Shown here in pieces: positions 8,476-16,021 of a stretch of DNA of 24,217 nt (the first letter of the stretch is position 1; the number at the start of each line of letters is the position of its first letter). The notes beneath the pieces are model-generated. The model worked only from the letters and a program-made list of their open reading frames with translations. It searched no databases and was not told the origin of the DNA. Where the stretch lies: the NCBI GenBank assembly GCA_038279365.1, contig JAYODI010000087.1:1-24217 (forward strand), given 5' to 3'. A program made the translations under genes and the position numbers. The stretch is from Candidatus Latescibacterota bacterium. GTDB taxonomy: Bacteria > Latescibacterota > UBA2968.

Positions 8476-10326
8476 GTGCAAGAACAATACCCCATTGATA
8501 AAATCGACTGGCTGGTGCGATGGGCCCCTTGGTGTGTGGGGCTGTTTGCTTTGATGATCCGATGTTTTTACCTGTGGTCTTTTTGGGCGTCCAATCCATT
8601 TTCTCAAAAGTTGATTTCTGATGCGCGCATCTATGACGATTGGGCACAACGGATTGCTGGGGGGGATTGGTTGGGGGGCTCTGAGGTGTTTTCATTGCCT
8701 CCGTTATATCCTTATTTGGTGGGTGTTTTTTATGCGGCGTTTGGATATGGCCCCCACACGGTTGTTGTGTTACAAGCCCTTGCTGGGTGCGTGAGTGCGA
8801 TGTTGGTTTGCCGTTTGGGGGGGCGGCATTTTGGTCTTTGGCCGGGGTGTGTGGCTGGGGTATTGTTTGCTGTTTATGGCCCACAATTGTTTTTTGAAGG
8901 CATGCTGTTGGGCAATGCGGGCGCAGTGTTTTTGTGCTTGGTAGGGATTACATTTTTGGATGAGGGGGTTGTGCAAATGCCCAAAAGCAACTGGCAAGCT
9001 GGGTTGGCTGGTTTTGTTTTTGGGCTGGCGGTGTTGATGCGCCCCAATGTGTTGGCGGTGATCCCTTTTTTATTGTTAGGTATTTGGTGGGTAACGCGCA
9101 AGGTCGGTATAAATAAATTTGGGGTGCAATTTGCGGGGTGGTTCATGCTCTTTTTGGCGGTGCCATTGTTTATTTGTGGCTTGCGCAATGGGTTGGTTTC
9201 AGATGATTGGGTGCTTGTGACGGCTCACGGCGGCATCAACTTTTATATGGGCAATCACGAAGGTGCGCCTGGGTGGTTTTCGGCTCCTGAAGGCGTGGAT
9301 GCACAGATTACGCCTGATGGTGTGCAAGGCAATTTGGAGGGGCCAAGGCGGGTTGCCGAAGCGGCTTTGGGACGTTCTTTGAATGCATCGGAGGTGTCGG
9401 ATTATTGGTTTCAAAAAGGGTGGAATTTTTGGGTGCACCATCCACTAAACGCTTTGCTGGTCACTGCGCACAAGATACGTTTGTTTGTGTCGGGGTATGA
9501 GGTACCGTTGAATTACAATTTTTATTATCAACGGCAATTTTCAAGGCTGTTGCAAATACCAGTCACAGAGCTTTGGGTGATTTTTCCATTGGCTTTTTTG
9601 GGTATGTTTGTGGCTATTAAAAACTTTGATCGCCATGCGTTGTTGTATTTATGGGGTGTTGGATATGCTTTGGGTGTGATCATGTTTCATGTTTCCTCTC
9701 GCTATCGCATGCCAGTTATTCCGATTTTGATGGTGTTTGCAGGATATGGGGTGTGGACGTTTTATGTGTGGATACAAACTAAAAATTGGAAATCGGTGTG
9801 GATTGCCGGTGGGGCACTTGTGGTTTTGTGGGTGGGATATCGGGCAGATCTGAACGGGTGGGTTAAACAGAGCGATTTGGGGGGCGATGCATTTAATTTG
9901 GGTACGTCGTATTTGTGGGAAAATGACAATGAAAAAGCCTTGGCTTTTTTTAAAGAAGCAGAGGCATATCGGCCCAAGGACGGCGCTCGTTATTATAACT
10001 TGGGTTTGGCATATGCCCGATTGGGGCATGTAGCAGAGGCAAAAACGGCTTACGAAACGGCTCTAATTTACAGCCCCAATAAGATGGAGATCTATGTGAA
10101 TTTGGGCAATATGTTGTTTCGTGAAAAAGAGTATGAAGAAGCCATTGCGATGTATTTGAAAGCGCTCACACGCGAACCTTTGGCACATAATGCACGGGCC
10201 AATATGGGATGGGCCTTGTTGGCTCTTGGGCGTGTACAAGAAGCGCGTGCAGCTTGGGATGCTGTTTTGGAAATGGTGCCCAATCATCCATCGGCAGAGG
10301 CGGGGCGCAAACGATTGGGCATGTAG
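8476..10326 (+). CDS. GT-C fold membrane glycosyltransferase (GT39/PMT/ArnT-like) with C-terminal TPRs
   Basis: First-loop acidic motif SDARIYDDWA, plus PPLYPYLV, LMRPN, GGINFYMGN and SSRYRMP. About 4 TPRs at the C-terminus. Start placed at the in-frame GTG 8476, 4 nt after the upstream stop, rather than the overlapping 8425. Confidence 0.82.
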   Translation: MQEQYPIDKIDWLVRWAPWCVGLFALMIRCFYLWSFWASNPFSQKLISDARIYDDWAQRIAGGDWLGGSEVFSLPPLYPYLVGVFYAAFGYGPHTVVVLQALAGCVSAMLVCRLGGRHFGLWPGCVAGVLFAVYGPQLFFEGMLLGNAGAVFLCLVGITFLDEGVVQMPKSNWQAGLAGFVFGLAVLMRPNVLAVIPFLLLGIWWVTRKVGINKFGVQFAGWFMLFLAVPLFICGLRNGLVSDDWVLVTAHGGINFYMGNHEGAPGWFSAPEGVDAQITPDGVQGNLEGPRRVAEAALGRSLNASEVSDYWFQKGWNFWVHHPLNALLVTAHKIRLFVSGYEVPLNYNFYYQRQFSRLLQIPVTELWVIFPLAFLGMFVAIKNFDRHALLYLWGVGYALGVIMFHVSSRYRMPVIPILMVFAGYGVWTFYVWIQTKNWKSVWIAGGALVVLWVGYRADLNGWVKQSDLGGDAFNLGTSYLWENDNEKALAFFKEAEAYRPKDGARYYNLGLAYARLGHVAEAKTAYETALIYSPNKMEIYVNLGNMLFREKEYEEAIAMYLKALTREPLAHNARANMGWALLALGRVQEARAAWDAVLEMVPNHPSAEAGRKRLGM

Positions 10327-10357
10327 GTGATAGACCATATTGAGAAATGGATAGGTT

Positions 10358-12313
10358 ATGGCAATGCATATAAAAGAACGTGTATCAATGGAACCTTTTC
10401 GGCGAGCTGTTACCTATCGCGCATTGGGTTTGGGTGTGATGTGTGCGGCGTTTTTGGCCTGGGGTGGGCATTATACACGGCATATTGGTCATACTTCCAA
10501 AATGGCACAAGACCATTTGCCTTGGGGGGCTGTGGTACCATTTTTGTTTTTGGCCATTGTTGTGAACAAGGTTTTACAGGTGTTGCGGCCTCAGTGGATG
10601 TTGCGACCCACCGAGTTGCTGGTCATTTTTAGCATGGCCCTTACGGCCTCGGCATTGCCCAGCTATTTTATGGGGCACTTAATTGCCAATGTGGCGGCAC
10701 CTTATTATTTTGCCAATACGGAAAACCGCTGGGCAGAAGATATTCACCCCAATTTGCCCAATTGGGCTGTGCTGACCGATCAAACCACGGCGCGTTGGTT
10801 TTTTGAAGGCCGTCCAGTGGGCACGGACATTCCGTGGGGGCCGTGGTTGATACCCATGGCATGGCGGTTGAGTTTGGTGTTTATGGTGGGTGTGTTTGGG
10901 TTTTGTGCCGTGTCTATTTTGCGCAAACAATGGGTTGAGCACGAACGCCTCACCTTTCCGTTGATGACATTGCCACTTGAAATGGTGAAACACGAACCCG
11001 GTGGGTTTTGGCCCGTAGGCATCATGAACCGTCCAGTGTTTTGGCTGGGATTTGGTTTGGCGCTCTTCCCTATTTGTTGGAATATGGTCAGTTATTTTGA
11101 ACCGATGTTTCCCACGCTTCCCGATGAGTTTGCACTGTTGGAATTTGGCAGAAATTTTCCACCCATTCATACGCGGTTTTATTCGTTGATTATTGGTGTG
11201 ACCTATTTTATGAATTTGGATATTTCATTTAGCATTATTGTTTTTCATTTGTTGCTGACATTTGAGATGGGCATTTTTAACCAATTTGGGGTCGATATTG
11301 GGCCAACCCATGTGTGGCCTTCTTCTGAGTTTGAAAACTGGCAGGGTTTTGGGGCCATTTGTGTGTTGGTGCCATGGAGTTTGTGGATGGCACGGGGGCA
11401 TTTAAAAGATGTGTTTCGCAAGGCCATTTTTAACGATGCAGCAGTCGATGATTCGGGTGAGTTGCTTTCGTATCGCACCATGGTTATTGGGTTGTTGGGC
11501 AGTGCGGTGTTTATTGTGGGGTGGTGTGTCACGTCGGGGATGTCGGTGTTTGTGGCGGTGGTGTTTTTTGTGTTGGTGTGTGTGGTGTGGTTGGGTATGA
11601 CGCGCATTTGTGTGGAAGGGGGCTTGATTAGCAGTCGTATGATTCAGGGGCAATTTGTGACGTATCGGTTATTGGGTGTTGAAGGGATGACCGCACGAGA
11701 ATTGGGAGCTTTTGCACTTACCGAAACATGGCACCATGATATTAAGACGATTTTGATGGCCGATTTGGGCAATGCCACACGGCTTTATGATGGGTTTCGA
11801 CATGAGCGAACCCGATTGGTTTTGGGACTGGGGTTGGCGATTGCAGTGGTGATATTGGGCAGTGCCTATTACCAAATTTCGTCGAGCTATGATACGGGGG
11901 CGTTTAATTATGGCGGCATTTATGGCCCTTATGTGCAAGGCACATACAATACCATTGCGGGTTATATTCGCGATCCATTTAGCCTCAAGCGCGACCGCAT
12001 GTATATTGCCTTGCTGGGCATGGCGACTACGGCATTGATGTTGGGGTTGCGGTATGTGTTGCCTTGGTGGCCGTTGCACCCCATCGGGTTTGCGGCTTCA
12101 ACAGCCTATCCTGTCAACCGCATTGTCTTTTCCATTTTTTTTGCATGGGTGGCCAAGTTTGCCATTTTGCGCGTGGGAGGCATCGATCTTTATCGCAAAG
12201 CTGCTCCTTTTTTCTTAGGGTTGATGATTGGGTATTTTACGGGGGTGGGTGTGTCGTTTGTGGTGGATTTGATTTGGTTTCCGCAACGAGGGCATTCCCT
12301 GTCTCTTTATTAG
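10358..12313 (+). CDS. DUF6785/DUF6784-like polytopic membrane protein, putative OPT-like transporter (paralog 2)
   Basis: 651 aa and collinear with 2998..4944: LRPTELLVIF, ILRKQWVEHERLTFPL, TRICVEGG, WWPLHPIG, ILRVGG...PFFLGLMIG, DLIWFPQRGH. The start could be one of the next in-frame ATGs. Confidence 0.8.
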   Translation: MAMHIKERVSMEPFRRAVTYRALGLGVMCAAFLAWGGHYTRHIGHTSKMAQDHLPWGAVVPFLFLAIVVNKVLQVLRPQWMLRPTELLVIFSMALTASALPSYFMGHLIANVAAPYYFANTENRWAEDIHPNLPNWAVLTDQTTARWFFEGRPVGTDIPWGPWLIPMAWRLSLVFMVGVFGFCAVSILRKQWVEHERLTFPLMTLPLEMVKHEPGGFWPVGIMNRPVFWLGFGLALFPICWNMVSYFEPMFPTLPDEFALLEFGRNFPPIHTRFYSLIIGVTYFMNLDISFSIIVFHLLLTFEMGIFNQFGVDIGPTHVWPSSEFENWQGFGAICVLVPWSLWMARGHLKDVFRKAIFNDAAVDDSGELLSYRTMVIGLLGSAVFIVGWCVTSGMSVFVAVVFFVLVCVVWLGMTRICVEGGLISSRMIQGQFVTYRLLGVEGMTARELGAFALTETWHHDIKTILMADLGNATRLYDGFRHERTRLVLGLGLAIAVVILGSAYYQISSSYDTGAFNYGGIYGPYVQGTYNTIAGYIRDPFSLKRDRMYIALLGMATTALMLGLRYVLPWWPLHPIGFAASTAYPVNRIVFSIFFAWVAKFAILRVGGIDLYRKAAPFFLGLMIGYFTGVGVSFVVDLIWFPQRGHSLSLY

Positions 12314-12356
12314 TTGATGTTAGTTGTTGTATTAAAACAGTTTGAGTTGGAATGGC

Positions 12357-12387
12357 TCTTGGGGTTCACTTTATGTGAATTTCGAGA
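12357..12387 (+). terminator. Possible weak terminator or 3' hairpin of the PhyH-DUF6785 operon
   Basis: TCTTGGGGTTCAC-tttat-GTGAATTTCGAGA forms 13 bp including 4 G-U pairs. It is followed by AT/T-rich sequence but no immediate U-tract. Confidence 0.35.
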
Positions 12388-12479
12388 ATTATTAGTCTTT
12401 TTAATTTATTTAGTGATATAAAGTTAACAAAATTGGTAAATTGTTGTTGGATAATTGTTTACAAAGGTGTTTATAGTGC

Positions 12480-12508
12480 TTGACATGTGAAATTTAGCAC
12501 TCTAAATT
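12480..12508 (+). promoter_or_regulatory. Sigma70-type promoter of the TonB-receptor cassette
   Basis: Perfect -35 TTGACA (12480-12485), 17 bp spacer and -10 TAAATT (12503-12508), with AT-rich sequence upstream. Confidence 0.7.
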
Positions 12509-12775
12509 GTCGCAAAAATAGCCAATGGTGATTTTGGGTTGTCGGGATGCAAAACATTGTGGCAATCATTTTTTTCGTATTTTTCTGATATCTTTCAAAC
12601 GATCATAAAAGGAGGTGGTGCAAGGATATCTGATGTCGGGTTGAACAGATGGTCCAAACCGTATCAGTGATTGTTTTTTACATGTCGAATCGGCTAATCA
12701 TACAGTCGATGTTCGTTCACTTATTTCATCTTTTTGGCCGGAAGAGGGAAATAGGGAAATAAAAGGAGAGCTTCT

Positions 12776-15700
12776 ATGAAGAACTGCTTCAGAGTTATGT
12801 TGTTTACTCTTGTGGCATTTGCGGTGATGATGGGGGCGGGAAGTGAGGTGTTTGCGCAGACCACAACGGGTAAAATATCTGGGCGTGTTACTGATAAAGG
12901 TTCTGGAGAACCTTTACCTGGGGTAAATATTGTGTTGGTTGGAACCAATCAAGGTGCAACAGCGGATGCCAATGGTGATTATTTTATTTTGTTGGTAAGG
13001 CCCGGAGCATATGAGGTACAGGCTTCATTGGTAGGGTATCATACTGTGAGCAAAACCAATGTGGTGGTGAGTGTCGATCGTACTTCTGCTGTAGATTTTG
13101 CCCTGACCGAGTCCAGTTTGGCGTTGTCTGAAATTACGGTTGTGGCAGAGCGTCCCCCCATCGAATTGGAAGTGTCTTATGCACAAACGATTATGAAAGC
13201 TGCAGAAGTGCGCGAAGCCCCTGTTGGCCCACGTTTGCGCGATGCGTTTGCCACCCAAGCAGGTGTAGACACCGATGACTGGGGCTTGACGATTCGCGGT
13301 GCTAATGAAGAAGAGATCATGTATACAATGGACGGTGTAGGTTTAAAAGACAACCGCAACAACCGCCCGTATTCCTCATTTAGTAAAACAAACCTCGCAG
13401 AGGTTCAGATTTTGACGGGCGGTTTTAGTGCTGAATATGGTGATGCTCGTAGTGGCATTGTCAATATTATAACAAAAGAACCCCGCCAGATTATGATTAG
13501 TGCCGATGGACGTTATAACCCAGCAGGGCGCAAACATTTTGGCCCAGAGGTTTATAGCTCTGATAACTGGTGGGACGTTGGCCGTTTTGAGAGTGATGGC
13601 CCGTCTGCCGATAAAGATGGCGATGGTGTTGCTGACTTTAAGGGGTGGAACCAAGAGTTTCAAGACCGTGGCGGCTCTGCAGGTAATTGGACGGCAGGTA
13701 TTTTTGATCAGCCCATAACCACGGTGGCACAGGCCAAAAGCATTTGGGCTTTTCAACATCGAAGCTATGAACTGGAAGGCGGCAAGTACAACACCAATGC
13801 GGCGGATCGAGAGTCGGATTATTTTTATGATGTAACGGTGGGTGGACCTTTGTTGAAAGACAAGTGGGCCATTATGCTGACCAATCAGCGTGAGCGTACG
13901 GCTTACGCTTATGATTTGTCGAAGACATCGTATTTAGACAACATGGTGCAGGTTAAGTCGATCATGACACCTACTGCAACCACAAAGTTGACGTTGTCCT
14001 ATATTCACGGCTTTGCCGAAGGTACAAAAAACGGCAACTTTTTGGGCACATTTGCGCGGTCTCAAGTGGAAGCCTCGCGCCGATTTGACGATGTGCAACA
14101 ATTTGCGCCAGGATCTCAAAACAACAACGAAGAGATCACCCGCAATTATTATACGTTGAATTGGTCACACACACTATCGCCCAAAACGTTTTACAATGTG
14201 ACGGCGCGATATGGCAAGACCGACTGGGAAGCGACATGGGCAGGTACACAAAAAGTGGGTATTCCTGTGGCTGCTGTGTTTCCCGATGGATCGGTTCAAG
14301 ATGTGACCGAAGCCAATTACCAAGCCGCACAAGCTGCTGGCGCGGTGATTTTGGATGAAGCCCCTGTGGGTTGGAATTATACCAATCAAAAGAATGATAT
14401 TTTGGGTATTTATCGTTTGCGTGGTGGCGGTGGGGCCAGTCGCAGTGCAGATTATTCGTGGATCAAGGAGAGTGATATTACCTTTGATATGACGAGTCAG
14501 GTGACCCCAAATCACCAGGTAAAAGCAGGTATTCAATTACATGCATTTCATTTGCGTGAGTTTCGGGGTTATGTATCTTCCTTACCAGATAGACCTGAAG
14601 GCCTTGACGATGATGATCCTGCAAAATTGTTGGTTACACAAACGGCAGATTTGCACAATTACCATGCCAGAGATCCAAAGTATGGCGGATTGTTTTTGCA
14701 AGATCGCATGGAATATCGCCAGATTGTGGTGAATGCAGGTGTGCGTTTAGACTTCCATCAACCTGCAACCTATTGGGATTTGGAAAATGATATTCACGAT
14801 GAATATTTGGGTTCTAATACGACACGTTTGTATGAAAAACGTGAAGCGGCAAAAGCCCCCACACGCTGGGCATGGAGCCCTCGTTTTGGTGTGTCGCACC
14901 CCACAACGGCCACATCGAAGATGTTTTTCAACTATGGTCACTTCTATCAGGTGCCAACCACTGTAGAATTGTATCGCGCACAATCTGGTGCGGGTGAACC
15001 ATTGGAAAACTTTGGCAACCCGTGGGTTGAGATGCCTCAAACAATTGCCTATGAGCTTGGGTTTGAAAAAAGTTTTAGTGGCACTTATTTGACGTCGGGC
15101 ACGGTGTATTTTAAAGATGTCGACAAAGAACTCGAAGATGCAACACGTTACTATGCAGAGTTTAACAATGGCAATACGCAGTGGACAACCCAAGGACGCA
15201 TTAAAGATGTGCGCGGATTTGAGCTGTCACTTAAGAAATCTCGTGGCAAACATTTTACGGGGTATATGTCTTACGACTTTCGTCAAGAACGCGCCCGTCG
15301 CATTGGTTGGAACCATATACGTGATGTTGTGAACGGATCAGATGCGTCAACGTTGCTTATTGAAGACAATGCCAATTCGGCAAACCCACCGTTTAAGGCA
15401 CGCCCGATTTGGAAATTGGGTTTGAACTTCCGCACACCACTTGATTATGGCGGTGATGCCAGTTTGTGGAAGGGCGGGTGGGATGCCAATATTTTCTTCC
15501 GGCGAGAGGCAGGTTGGTGGATGAATTATAACCCAACCAATGACATTGCATTGCAAAATGTGCTGAATGTGCAGTGGAAAGATTCGAATATGGCAGATTT
15601 TCGTCTTTCAAAAGCATTTGATGTAAAGGGTTCCCCTCTGTTGTATTTGGAAGTACACAATATTTTCAACTTTAAAAACTTCAATCACCTCAATGATGCC

Positions 15701-15922
15701 AGGGGAGGCGAAGCCTTTGACCACCCAGGCACCAGCGATTCAACGCGGTTTCGGTTGTATATGGAAAGTTTGGGGTGGGTGGTTGATAGCAGTGGCAAGT
15801 TGCAAAATGGTGATCGCCCTGGTGGTGGCATTGATGAGAATGAACAGACGGTTTTACGACGCCCTTATTTATCGTATTTGGATCGTCGTGATATGACGAT
15901 GGGCTTGCAGTTCTCATTTTAA
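12776..15922 (+). CDS. TonB-dependent outer-membrane receptor with N-terminal carboxypeptidase-regulatory-like domain
   Basis: Signal peptide ending VFA-Q. N-domain TGKISGRVTDKGSGEPLPGVNI...GATADANGDYFI. TonB-box-like LSEITVVAE. Plug motifs IRGA and VQILTGGFSAEYGDARSGIVNIITK. Barrel motifs NAGVRLD, SPRFGVS and FNYGHFYQ. C-terminal GLQFSF. AAGGAG SD. Confidence 0.93.
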   Translation: MKNCFRVMLFTLVAFAVMMGAGSEVFAQTTTGKISGRVTDKGSGEPLPGVNIVLVGTNQGATADANGDYFILLVRPGAYEVQASLVGYHTVSKTNVVVSVDRTSAVDFALTESSLALSEITVVAERPPIELEVSYAQTIMKAAEVREAPVGPRLRDAFATQAGVDTDDWGLTIRGANEEEIMYTMDGVGLKDNRNNRPYSSFSKTNLAEVQILTGGFSAEYGDARSGIVNIITKEPRQIMISADGRYNPAGRKHFGPEVYSSDNWWDVGRFESDGPSADKDGDGVADFKGWNQEFQDRGGSAGNWTAGIFDQPITTVAQAKSIWAFQHRSYELEGGKYNTNAADRESDYFYDVTVGGPLLKDKWAIMLTNQRERTAYAYDLSKTSYLDNMVQVKSIMTPTATTKLTLSYIHGFAEGTKNGNFLGTFARSQVEASRRFDDVQQFAPGSQNNNEEITRNYYTLNWSHTLSPKTFYNVTARYGKTDWEATWAGTQKVGIPVAAVFPDGSVQDVTEANYQAAQAAGAVILDEAPVGWNYTNQKNDILGIYRLRGGGGASRSADYSWIKESDITFDMTSQVTPNHQVKAGIQLHAFHLREFRGYVSSLPDRPEGLDDDDPAKLLVTQTADLHNYHARDPKYGGLFLQDRMEYRQIVVNAGVRLDFHQPATYWDLENDIHDEYLGSNTTRLYEKREAAKAPTRWAWSPRFGVSHPTTATSKMFFNYGHFYQVPTTVELYRAQSGAGEPLENFGNPWVEMPQTIAYELGFEKSFSGTYLTSGTVYFKDVDKELEDATRYYAEFNNGNTQWTTQGRIKDVRGFELSLKKSRGKHFTGYMSYDFRQERARRIGWNHIRDVVNGSDASTLLIEDNANSANPPFKARPIWKLGLNFRTPLDYGGDASLWKGGWDANIFFRREAGWWMNYNPTNDIALQNVLNVQWKDSNMADFRLSKAFDVKGSPLLYLEVHNIFNFKNFNHLNDARGGEAFDHPGTSDSTRFRLYMESLGWVVDSSGKLQNGDRPGGGIDENEQTVLRRPYLSYLDRRDMTMGLQFSF

Positions 15923-15940
15923 TGGTTGGGGTTATAAGTT

Positions 15941-15990
15941 GTCAGGAATCAGGTGTGATATCTGATTCCTGACCCTTGTTTTCTTTTGTT
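15941..15990 (+). terminator. Strong intra-cassette hairpin (partial terminator or mRNA-stabilising stem)
   Basis: GTCAGGAATCAG (15941-15952) pairs perfectly with CTGATTCCTGAC (15962-15973). It is followed by CCTTGTTTTCTTTTGTT. Confidence 0.65.
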
Positions 15991-16021
15991 TTGAGTTTGG
16001 AATTTATCGAGGAGATGATTT

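Noticed and set aside
12494-12520. CIRCE (HrcA operator): a perfect left arm TTAGCACTC is present
   Set aside because: The right arm GAGTGCTAA is absent after 9 nt (GCAAAAATA instead). The similar AGTGCT lies upstream in the wrong arrangement.
12740-12775. Cobalamin riboswitch suggested by ATAGGGAA upstream of a TonB receptor
   Set aside because: There is no following GGTG.AA.TCC, GCCCCCGC or GCCACTG-like element, and no room before the start codon.
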